Positions 17,928 through 26,140 of a DNA stretch of 31,398 bases are shown piece after piece. The stretch lies in the IMG/VR virus record IMGVR_UViG_3300020043_003881, positions 1 to 31,398 of that record, one strand, 5' to 3'. This DNA is from a virus (Duplodnaviria; Caudoviricetes). The first letter of the stretch is position 1, and every line of letters begins with the position of its first letter. The notes under the pieces are model-generated. The model searched no databases, was not told the origin of the DNA, and saw only the letters and a list, made by a program, of their open reading frames with translations. The position numbers and the translations under genes are program-made.

Positions 17928-18629
17928 TTATCTTTTAGCTTGAACGCATTGAATTTGGTGTCTGGTTATAGAGAGCGTATTTGCACTGTCAAATAAGGCG
18001 ACCTCAAGTGTTGCTTTTTTATATTCTCTAACACCAGTTGTTCCGGTATATTTGACTATTGTAGATGCTTGAAAGGTTTGCCAATTTATTTCTGGACCTT
18101 TACCAGAAGTAGTAAAGTATCTATTTAAACCATTTGTAGTAAAGCTGTAGCCCCAGTATCCGACAATAAGAGATTGATCTGCACCACCAGAATCAGAATA
18201 AGTTAACTTAATTCTAAATGCATAATAATTTGGTTTTCCAAGATCTGTTCCAACGAAATCATAATCTTTAACAACAGTATTTTGTCCTACTAAACCAGAA
18301 ATATGAATTCTTATAATTTCATTATCTTTTGGAAAATAATTAAGCGCAACCTCGCATGGCGTAGAGGCTGGAGCGGGTGATTTTACAGATTCATAAGTTG
18401 TATTAGTATAAGTTCTGGCTACGCTACCATCGTGAAAGTAATGATATAATTTATTTATTGGAAAAAGTGTTGATGGAGAGTCAAGATGCTTAAAAGTTAG
18501 CCATCCAGCTCCTTGATTTGTTTCATCAATGTCTGCAGAAGCTACGGCTAAAGCATCATAAGCAGCATTTAACTCAGCGGCTGTAGGTACTTGATCTGGT
18601 TCAAAATACTCTTTTTCTACTACTGGCAT
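17928..18629 (-). CDS. Tail-associated protein (fibre/baseplate-like), paralog 2
   Basis: 233 aa; FEPDQVPTAAELNAAYDAL anchor-like motif. Confidence 0.55.
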   Translation of the reverse strand: MPVVEKEYFEPDQVPTAAELNAAYDALAVASADIDETNQGAGWLTFKHLDSPSTLFPINKLYHYFHDGSVARTYTNTTYESVKSPAPASTPCEVALNYFPKDNEIIRIHISGLVGQNTVVKDYDFVGTDLGKPNYYAFRIKLTYSDSGGADQSLIVGYWGYSFTTNGLNRYFTTSGKGPEINWQTFQASTIVKYTGTTGVREYKKATLEVALFDSANTLSITRHQIQCVQAKR

Positions 18630-18638
18630 CTTATCTCC

Positions 18639-19376
18639 TTAGCGATATTCATTACGGCACCATATTTCTGCCGAAAAAAGATTAAAGTTACTTGAGGTGG
18701 TATCAAGGCTGGGGCCTCCAGCCGCTCTATTTGTAATTGTAATAAATCTAACATCAACGGTAATTTGCTGCGATCCACAGGGTATTGCGAAAGGAATTTG
18801 TGTTGTGTGTCTTCTTGGATATATCTGGCCACTTCTTGCGACCAACACGTTATTTACAAAAACGCCCCATTCGGTCCACCAGTCAAAACCTCTGCTTCTT
18901 GCGGCAAAACCTTCTCCAACTGCTACGTTAAATACTTGTGTTCCGTGCTCCCAGTCAATTATAGCACAGCCAACAAGCATTCCTTCTTTGGCTTCGAATA
19001 CCAATGGAAAATCTTCGAAGTCTGTAAATTGTGTTAGAATATTAAAACCCTTGGACCAAGAATCTTGATCAAGGTCTATTTCTAAAAGCGGGGTAAATAC
19101 GTTAGATACTTCTTCAAAGCTAGAAGATCTTCTTGTTTTAAAATAAGCCTGTGTTGCGTAGCTAGTTCCTAATTGAAGAACATCACCAGCTACATCTCCA
19201 AAAACCCCGTCATTAGGAAGAATAAAATGCTGCTCTCTAACTGTTTCAACAGGGTTATTGTGTCCATCAAGATTGCCGTTAAATTCTCCTAAATATTTAT
19301 CAAAATTTTCATTAAGATTTTCTGGCCTTACGCTCTGAAGGTCGTTGGTAGGTATCTGTGTAAATGCTTTAGCCAT
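18639..19376 (-). CDS. Tail-associated protein (fibre/baseplate-like), paralog 1
   Basis: 245 aa; VRPENLNENFDKY anchor-like motif. Confidence 0.55.
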   Translation of the reverse strand: MAKAFTQIPTNDLQSVRPENLNENFDKYLGEFNGNLDGHNNPVETVREQHFILPNDGVFGDVAGDVLQLGTSYATQAYFKTRRSSSFEEVSNVFTPLLEIDLDQDSWSKGFNILTQFTDFEDFPLVFEAKEGMLVGCAIIDWEHGTQVFNVAVGEGFAARSRGFDWWTEWGVFVNNVLVARSGQIYPRRHTTQIPFAIPCGSQQITVDVRFITITNRAAGGPSLDTTSSNFNLFSAEIWCRNEYR

Positions 19377-19384
19377 CCTATCTC

Positions 19385-21646
19385 CTAGTAAGGCTGCCCG
19401 GAATTTCCGCGGGCTTTTTGGTTTAGTGGTAATTGATCGTTAGAATCGTAGTTTATATTAAAGCTTAATAAATGCATTGGATATGTAGACTTAAGCCTAA
19501 ATCTAAAGTTATCGACAAGCGAAGTAGATACATCCCATCTTACTCTAATTATACGATAATCTTTTATCGCAGATTTTCCTATTGTAAATGGAACCTTGGT
19601 TACGGATGGCGTAGCAGGACCAAATACTGCATCTTCAAAAAGAGTAAATAAAGTTTCGCTTTTCGCAGGCTTCTGTGTAGGAGCAACATTCCAAGCCGAA
19701 TCATAATCTTGGCCCCAATCTAGGTCAATAGAATTATCACCAAAGCTTAAAATCTCAACATCTAAGCTAAATACTCGATGCTTGATACTGTTGTCTCCGA
19801 AATCTATCCACCCACTTTCCCAAATATTTTGTGGTAAAGCTATTTTAGTTGCAGTGTATGTCCATACTTGAGATGCAAGAGAAGCAACTAAAGTATTTCC
19901 CCAGTAGTTAGCACCAGACCAAACGTGAAGACCGACGAGCGTTCCTCTTGCTCCATTTGTTAATGGGTTACTTAATCCTCCGAGTAAAGTCCTCCATCTT
20001 GGTCTTGTTCCTAAAAGAATATTTCCATCTGGATCTGTAGCCATTGCTGTAAATGCAAATCTGTTAGCTTTTGATTTTACTTCTGCGTGTCTTAGGGACC
20101 AAGTAGCGTCATCAGTATGAAGCACAGCACCTCTTGTCGGTATTTTAGATCCTTTTTCTGGATAGTGACACCAATATTCTTTTTCTTTAGTTGAGTATGT
20201 TGATGTTGCTCTGCAGATTGACGCTGTAGATATTCTTGCTACTTCGTTAGCTATAACGCCGCTGATCTTTGTCACACTGATTGTAGAGCCACCGTCCAGA
20301 CCGCCTGAGATGGCATAGAAGCCGTCGTTGGTAAGGAAGACGACACCAATCTCAGGCACAAGCTGGATGCTGTCAGAAGCCCTTGTACCTATGTTGGGAG
20401 AAACGGTGCTTATTGAGAAGCTTCCACCGTTAGTTCTGATTACTTCAATTGAAGATTCTCTAAAAACTAACAAGTTATTATAATAAGAATAAAGTTTTGT
20501 GATAGCGCCGCCGGTTCCGTTGCCCAACTCAAATGTATTAAAAACAGGAAATTGCTCAGGAAAACTTGCTTCAGAATAAATTATTTTAACTGGATGTGTA
20601 ACACCTCCACCTAACCAAATTCTATTATTCCAGGTTGCGCCGAAGTGATACAAGCTATCAATAGTTGATGATGCGCTAAGTTCCGCTTGATTAACTAGGG
20701 CATTATCAGAAACAATATCAATAAATTCTTCAGAGCTGTTATCATTAATCTGTTTAACAAAGTAGTAAATGCCTTCTTGAGCAGAACTTTGGTTGCCTAG
20801 TCTTTGATTTTTTGTTCTGTAAATTCTTCTAGCAACGCAACCTTTTGGTCCGATTGGAATATCATTGACAAAAATACCAAATCTTCTTTCGGCATTGTTA
20901 TCTGCTGGTATAGTCCATGTAACGAAGGCTGGAGCAGACATAGGGCTCTCTGATCCGCTATCCATAATAAATGTCATTCTATAGCTGTAAACGCTTGTAT
21001 CTCCTTGACCTCTATCACCTAAACCAGCAGGCACGGTTTGAAAGTTAGGGAAAGCAGTACCGGTTGTTAACTCGCCAGCCGTAGGAAGCTCAAGATAATT
21101 TGGCTGTATAGGAAGCAATTCAATTGGTGGTGTTGGAAGTAAGAACGAATAATCTCTTATAATATTGTCGCCATAAAACCATATTGGTTTATCAACACCG
21201 TTTATTATTAGGAGCCTATTTCCGAATGGAATAAACTGTGTACCTACTTCGTTTGCTCTGGGTATGTGTCTGTTTGAATCTAACAAAACAACATTTCTTC
21301 TCCAGTCGGTAGAGACAGAGCTGCCTTTATTGCCCCAAATGTAATAAAGATAACCGCCCTGTTCAGCAATTATATAAACTTGATTTGTGCTTTGCTTTGT
21401 CCAGACAAAAAGAGAATCAAACTTTTCGCCAAGAAGAGCCTGCTGCACGTTAGTTATAATTTCGCCAGACACAGCAAATGATGGGCTTTGATCCCACCAA
21501 GGCTCTATACCGCGATCACAAAGCCATCCTTCTGTTGGATGTTTTCTAAAATTTATGATATCATTAGCTGTACCAAGAGGAGCTTTAAGAGCTTGGTTGA
21601 TGCCACCAGCTTTATTAAATTTAACAGATATTGATTTGACAGCCAT
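19385..21646 (-). CDS. Tail nozzle / head-stabilisation protein (P22 gp10 / T7 gp12-like)
   Basis: 753 aa; GGIN start, beta-propeller-like segments (NNRIWLGG, IIYSE, NNLLVFRESSI, GVVFLTNDGFY), WESGWIDFG; follows adaptor. Confidence 0.75.
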   Translation of the reverse strand: MAVKSISVKFNKAGGINQALKAPLGTANDIINFRKHPTEGWLCDRGIEPWWDQSPSFAVSGEIITNVQQALLGEKFDSLFVWTKQSTNQVYIIAEQGGYLYYIWGNKGSSVSTDWRRNVVLLDSNRHIPRANEVGTQFIPFGNRLLIINGVDKPIWFYGDNIIRDYSFLLPTPPIELLPIQPNYLELPTAGELTTGTAFPNFQTVPAGLGDRGQGDTSVYSYRMTFIMDSGSESPMSAPAFVTWTIPADNNAERRFGIFVNDIPIGPKGCVARRIYRTKNQRLGNQSSAQEGIYYFVKQINDNSSEEFIDIVSDNALVNQAELSASSTIDSLYHFGATWNNRIWLGGGVTHPVKIIYSEASFPEQFPVFNTFELGNGTGGAITKLYSYYNNLLVFRESSIEVIRTNGGSFSISTVSPNIGTRASDSIQLVPEIGVVFLTNDGFYAISGGLDGGSTISVTKISGVIANEVARISTASICRATSTYSTKEKEYWCHYPEKGSKIPTRGAVLHTDDATWSLRHAEVKSKANRFAFTAMATDPDGNILLGTRPRWRTLLGGLSNPLTNGARGTLVGLHVWSGANYWGNTLVASLASQVWTYTATKIALPQNIWESGWIDFGDNSIKHRVFSLDVEILSFGDNSIDLDWGQDYDSAWNVAPTQKPAKSETLFTLFEDAVFGPATPSVTKVPFTIGKSAIKDYRIIRVRWDVSTSLVDNFRFRLKSTYPMHLLSFNINYDSNDQLPLNQKARGNSGQPY

Positions 21647-21649
21647 TTT

Positions 21650-23164
21650 TTATCCTTTTGTTCTCAATGAAGCGTAATCGTAACGAACGTAGTTATCGAA
21701 TCCGCCAAGTGTAAATTGGCCTCTGACGATCATAGAGTCAATGTGACTGACGTATCTTTTTTCTAGACCTTTTATTTCTTTTTCAAATCTGGACCTATAC
21801 AATTGTGACTGCGATATATTTCCAAGCTTATCGTAAAGTGTTTCCAATACTTTGTAGGAAATTAACTGGTGGAATTCATTTGGCATTTCTGGAGAATCTG
21901 TTTGTAGGCCAAGTGCTTTTGGCTTGTAATAGTATCTTGCGACACCTTCGCGTAAATACTGTAGATTTACTTTTGATGTAGTTTCGGTTGCATCAGCTTC
22001 TAAGATTCTGCTATCCCAAGCGTCTACTCTTGGGTAGGGTCTTATCTGAAGATGCTGACCATCGTATTCGATATATCGTCTGTTACCAGCATCAATTTGA
22101 TTTAAATGTGTTATTGTTACTGTAGAAAGCAAATCGTCTACAACTACTGTATCCAAATATGTTGTGCTATTTCTTGTAGCACCACCTTTATTAAATGTTT
22201 TCCATACAGGAAGACCGAGGCGTTCACCGGTTGCTCTATCAAAGTTTGCATTCCAGAAAACTACTTTTCTGTAGCCTTCCCACTGAGTTGGCTCTTTGTC
22301 AAAGCTTTGGAAAGAATCCGCAAATATAGCTTGGTCATCCCAAGATACAAATTTTATTGTCAAAGAATAAGAAGTAATTTCTTGTCCTACAGCAAAAGAA
22401 ATGGTTTCTGGTTTAGAAAGAGGGCCTACAAGACCATCCTTAACAAATGCCCAGCATACTTCAAGCGAAGTACCAGGAACAAATCCAGAGGTTCCTTGAA
22501 TTGATGTTGCTTCTAGAGCTACTTTTTCGGCTCCAGGTATATTGTAAGCCTCTGACCAAATATATGTTTCTGCGTAAGTAGCAGCGTAATCCATTCTGAG
22601 ACCTAGCTCTTCGTCTCTTCTTGGCATTAATCCGATTATTTTTCCGTATGGAGGGAATCTTCCGGTGCCGCTTGTAGAGTTAGGTACATCTCTGTGAGCA
22701 AGAGAAAGTAACTCTATGCAATCTTCTGGTAGTGAATACCATCTATGTTTAATTCTCCAGGAAGAATCATCAATTTTTGTATCACCAAGAAATTGCTGGT
22801 CAAGGAGTATCGTTCCGCCATTAACTACTTTAGAGATTGTGTATTCATAATTTTGTATTTCTATTGGCTGACCTTCCCATAGGTCTGGTAGCAATCTATC
22901 CATAAACGGAGCAAATGTTACCTGTCTGCTTCCTTTAACAACGCTTGCAAAAGTATCAAGACCTGGATTTTCTCTTTCAGGTGTCATGTCTGGATGAAAT
23001 CTAAAATAATATTCTTTAAATCCGTAAACCCAGCGTCTCATAGTCCATATGGAGTAGTAAGCGTCATTTATTAAATCATCAAGCTGATCATTGTAAGCCG
23101 CAAGCTGAGGGCTATAATCGCTGATATTTTTAATTTTTTCTTTGATCGCGGTTAAGTTGCTCAT
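21650..23164 (-). CDS. Head-tail adaptor (gatekeeper) protein with inserted domains
   Basis: 504 aa; LDDLINDAY...W N-terminal helix, YSLPEDC, IRPYP, DSPEMPNEFHQLISYKVL C-terminal adaptor pattern. Confidence 0.7.
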   Translation of the reverse strand: MSNLTAIKEKIKNISDYSPQLAAYNDQLDDLINDAYYSIWTMRRWVYGFKEYYFRFHPDMTPERENPGLDTFASVVKGSRQVTFAPFMDRLLPDLWEGQPIEIQNYEYTISKVVNGGTILLDQQFLGDTKIDDSSWRIKHRWYSLPEDCIELLSLAHRDVPNSTSGTGRFPPYGKIIGLMPRRDEELGLRMDYAATYAETYIWSEAYNIPGAEKVALEATSIQGTSGFVPGTSLEVCWAFVKDGLVGPLSKPETISFAVGQEITSYSLTIKFVSWDDQAIFADSFQSFDKEPTQWEGYRKVVFWNANFDRATGERLGLPVWKTFNKGGATRNSTTYLDTVVVDDLLSTVTITHLNQIDAGNRRYIEYDGQHLQIRPYPRVDAWDSRILEADATETTSKVNLQYLREGVARYYYKPKALGLQTDSPEMPNEFHQLISYKVLETLYDKLGNISQSQLYRSRFEKEIKGLEKRYVSHIDSMIVRGQFTLGGFDNYVRYDYASLRTKG

Positions 23165-23502
23165 TGATGCTTCTCCAAATATTTTATAGCAGATTTTAAA
23201 ATTTCTATATTATCTTTAGACATACCAAGCAATGTATTACATTTATTACAAAGCAAGCCTCTTGCTTCATTAGTAATATGGCAATGGTCAACGCAAAGTG
23301 CTTTTGATAAGTCTGCTTGATGATCACCACAAATTTTACAACAACCTTCTTGGTCTATAAACATTTGATTGTAATCATTATATGTAAAAAATTGTTTATT
23401 TATCATTATTCCAGAATTTTTCCATCTCCAATTACATTCATAAACTTTTCTTTTACCTGGATTTTTTTTAGCCCATTTAGCTTGCGCTGGATTTTTAACC
23501 AT
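23161..23502 (-). CDS. Endonuclease VII-like protein
   Basis: QEGCCKICG...LCVDHCH...ARGLLCNKCNTLLG. Confidence 0.9.
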   Translation of the reverse strand: MVKNPAQAKWAKKNPGKRKVYECNWRWKNSGIMINKQFFTYNDYNQMFIDQEGCCKICGDHQADLSKALCVDHCHITNEARGLLCNKCNTLLGMSKDNIEILKSAIKYLEKHQ

Positions 23503-23704
23503 CTGTGTCCTCTAATTTATTTATAATTTCATCCAATTGTACCTGGTCTTCTTTTATAAAATAATTAGACCATTTCTTAATTTCATCAAACAGCGGTTCT
23601 TCTCCTATATATTTATACATTAGGTAATTTATGAAATTTTCTTCTTCCTTACTTCCCTTTTTTTTTAGTTCTAACAGTAGGCCGAAGTAAGTATAGTTTT
23701 CCAT
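23495..23704 (-). CDS. Hypothetical protein
   Basis: 69 aa, GAGGTG RBS, overlaps the next gene start. Confidence 0.7.
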   Translation of the reverse strand: MENYTYFGLLLELKKKGSKEEENFINYLMYKYIGEEPLFDEIKKWSNYFIKEDQVQLDEIINKLEDTDG

Positions 23705-23718
23705 AGAAACACCTCTTC

Positions 23719-23739
23719 TACATATACGGATTTGTCAAC
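23719..23739 (-). promoter_or_regulatory. Class II motif (divergent copy)
   Basis: GTTGACAAATCCGTATATGTA immediately after a terminator and before the tail operon. Confidence 0.55.
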
Positions 23740-23740
23740 C

Positions 23741-23774
23741 AAAAAAACTAAGGCCCGGCAGAGCCGAGCCATAG
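23741..23774 (-). terminator. Rho-independent terminator of capsid operon
   Basis: Minus strand CTATGGCTCGGC-TCT-GCCGGGCCTTAG followed by T7. Confidence 0.85.
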
Positions 23775-23797
23775 AATCTAAAGATTTTTAATTTATA

Positions 23798-24352
23798 TTA
23801 GAACTGCTTGAATACCCAGCATGGTGCAACGTTTGATACAGCGTCTGCTAGAGCAACACCACAGATATTTACGTTTGCAGCATCTGCAATTGAAGCTCGA
23901 CCTGAAGCGGTTGTATCGCAAGATAAAGCCAATCCTTTAGTTGAGCCAGTTGATACTGCAGCGGTTTCTACGTATCCGCCAACTACTACTCGAACTGAAG
24001 CTTCGGTAACACCGCCAGCAACACTTGATTCTGTAACGGTTACGGTATCAAGAGCAACACCGAGTACTGGAACACCTATTGCAACTGCGAGGGCGCTTGT
24101 ATCCTGAACTTCTACACAAAGAACTCTCTGATCGCCAGACTGATCGTAATCAAAAACAACCCAAGCACCCTTGTTAATTGTTTTTGTAGCACCAGTGGGA
24201 GGCGAAGCAGCAGTAAGTCTAAGTTTGAAGGTTTCTACCTGTGATCTGTTTGATACATCTGGTGTAGAAACAGAGCTGTATGAACCAGGAACGGTCTTTG
24301 AAGATTCTAGAGCGGTTCCGTCTAGTTTCTGAACTAAGGTTGAAGTAGCCAT
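23798..24352 (-). CDS. Capsid decoration/cement-like protein
   Basis: 184 aa, Ala/Val/Thr/Gly-rich; internal repeat LGVALD / CGVALAD typical of cement proteins; directly downstream of MCP. Confidence 0.65.
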   Translation of the reverse strand: MATSTLVQKLDGTALESSKTVPGSYSSVSTPDVSNRSQVETFKLRLTAASPPTGATKTINKGAWVVFDYDQSGDQRVLCVEVQDTSALAVAIGVPVLGVALDTVTVTESSVAGGVTEASVRVVVGGYVETAAVSTGSTKGLALSCDTTASGRASIADAANVNICGVALADAVSNVAPCWVFKQF

Positions 24353-24378
24353 ATTTAATTCTCCTTTTTTTTAATTGT

Positions 24379-24720
24379 TTATTTAAGATTGTTAACAAGA
24401 TAAGATTTTGCGTTATCCAGTAATTGAATATTATCTTCGAATGCCCCTATGCTTTTATTGCATCTATCACATAAGAGACCGCGGACTTTACCGGTTGAAT
24501 GACAGTGATCTACACAGAGCGATTTTTTTAAATCTTTTTGATGCGTATTGCATATAGCACAGCATCCTTTTTGATTTTCAAACATTGCCGTCCATTCTTC
24601 AGCAGAGACACCGTATCTTTGCTTTAATTTTCTGGCTCGCTCTTTGCCTTTTACATCACAATCATTATTCAATCTGCGTTCCCTCATGTATTCTTTCATT
24701 TTTTCTTTAGATAGAGGCAT
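24379..24720 (-). CDS. Endonuclease VII-like protein
   Basis: LKQRYGVS...QKGCCAIC...LCVDHCHSTGKVRGLLCDRCNKSIG. Confidence 0.92.
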   Translation of the reverse strand: MPLSKEKMKEYMRERRLNNDCDVKGKERARKLKQRYGVSAEEWTAMFENQKGCCAICNTHQKDLKKSLCVDHCHSTGKVRGLLCDRCNKSIGAFEDNIQLLDNAKSYLVNNLK

Positions 24721-24725
24721 TCGAA

Positions 24726-24755
24726 AATCCTACGTATTATTATACCGCAGGGATT
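24726..24755 (-). promoter_or_regulatory. Hairpin after MCP stop that overlaps the endonuclease RBS
   Basis: AATCC-C-TGCG...CGTA-GGATT stem followed by TT; AGGA in the 3' arm, TATAAT inside. Confidence 0.55.
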
Positions 24756-24756
24756 A

Positions 24757-25758
24757 TTACTGGAGATTCACACCGACTGCCTGACCGCCGAGGAAATCTG
24801 CGACGAGCTGGCACTTGACATAGAGGTTAGCAGATCTTGCGGTTGTACCGGAGATATGCTCGAAAGGAGAGATTGCGAAGTCGCCTTCGCTATGGAATAC
24901 AAGCTTGATACCATCGTAGTTTAGCATGTATGCATCGAGGGTTTCTCCACCAACGCTAGTTCCGAAGCCCATTTCTGGATCTGATTCAGCTAGAGCGCCG
25001 TTGAAAGCTAGGCCCATTCTTCCGCCGTCAAGAGTCTTGGTGTCGATAAATCTCTGGATATCGAAAAGTTCTTTTCTGTATCTTGCTAGAGCACCCTGTG
25101 ACATTATGAGGTGATCAACATCGCCCATTGGTGAAACTTGGTTAGCAGCAATGTACATGTTGTAGAGGTTGGTCATAAAGTCAGGAACTAGAGCACCGTT
25201 TGAGAACTGGTTTAGCCAACCTGGTACTGGGAAAGTAACCTTGGATATACCACCAACAATGTTGGTCTGAGCGGTTGTTGCTCTTGGCTCTAGGAAACCA
25301 AATCCACCAGCGGTTGAACCGTTGAGAGTATTGAGTGAGCTTAGAACAGCAGAGTTTCCTCTTAGAAGCTGCTTGTTTGCTTCTCTTCTGAGCATACCCA
25401 TAACAGACTTCATTCTTGCTTCAAGAATCTTAACGATAGCGTATTCTCCGCTATTCTCCATTTCTTCTTTCTTTGTGATTACGATTGGAGCGACGAAATC
25501 CGACCAATCATAAACTGCTGGTCTCAATACATCGTTAACTGCTAGTGAAACAGGCTCGTAACCGGTAGCAAGCTGGGTTATGGTTGAGTGTTCCTGGATG
25601 CTTAGTGGTCTCTGGATTTTGATGCCGCCTTTCTCGACTTCAACACCGCCAGCTTTCTTAACACCATCGAGGAATGCGACTTTCTTGTATAGTTCGTCAA
25701 CCTCTCCGTCTCTGATTGAGTACAGGGTTGAGCTGAGTAGATCATTGCTTATTGCCAT
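24757..25758 (-). CDS. Major capsid protein
   Basis: 333 aa; size and position between scaffold and decoration genes, strong RBS (TAGGAG), GGIKIQRPL and IVITKKEEMENSG patterns recalled from HK97-fold podovirus capsids. Confidence 0.85.
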   Translation of the reverse strand: MAISNDLLSSTLYSIRDGEVDELYKKVAFLDGVKKAGGVEVEKGGIKIQRPLSIQEHSTITQLATGYEPVSLAVNDVLRPAVYDWSDFVAPIVITKKEEMENSGEYAIVKILEARMKSVMGMLRREANKQLLRGNSAVLSSLNTLNGSTAGGFGFLEPRATTAQTNIVGGISKVTFPVPGWLNQFSNGALVPDFMTNLYNMYIAANQVSPMGDVDHLIMSQGALARYRKELFDIQRFIDTKTLDGGRMGLAFNGALAESDPEMGFGTSVGGETLDAYMLNYDGIKLVFHSEGDFAISPFEHISGTTARSANLYVKCQLVADFLGGQAVGVNLQ

Positions 25759-25928
25759 TGTAATTCTCCTAATTTTTTTTATTAATTTTTTTTAAACAAA
25801 CTGATTTTTGAAATTATTGTTGACGTGTCTGCGCGATGCAGGTGTCTAGATTTTTTCTTCGCCAGTTTGTGAATTAGGAAATCACATGGATGCTATATTC
25901 ACGCAGTCGGGAGAGATTGCACTGCTTC
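25759..25928 (-). ncRNA. Structured 5' leader of the major capsid gene
   Basis: 170-nt non-coding gap with stems GCAGT/ACTGC, ACAAACTG/CAGTTTGT (25863-70 with 25796-803) and inner CTGC/GCAG. Confidence 0.45.
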
Positions 25929-25949
25929 ATAAGATAAGAAAAAGTCAAG
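25929..25949 (-). promoter_or_regulatory. Class II motif (putative late promoter for MCP)
   Basis: CTTGACTTTTTCTTATCTTAT followed by GAAG. Confidence 0.6.
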
Positions 25950-25988
25950 TAAATTTACTTATTTTTTAAACATAATCTACAGACCAAT

Positions 25989-26140
25989 ATCTTGTTGTTA
26001 GATATCGCTCGCTGCGCTCGCTACCTACAGAGATAACACCCTCATGTCTTCTTGTAGGTCTGGGAGCGCAGCGACCAGTCTCCGAAGAGACTTCGTTAAT
26101 ATAAAGGAATGGGAGAGCAAATTTGTCCAAATTATTTTTA
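25989..26140 (-). other. Non-coding cassette C (short variant)
   Basis: TGGACA-N17-CTTTATAT 26129-26099; AGTCTC-TTCG-GAGACT hairpin; outer IR TCGCTGCGCTC 26009-26019 / GAGCGCAGCGA 26064-26074 enclosing ACCTACA/TGTAGGT. Confidence 0.85.
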
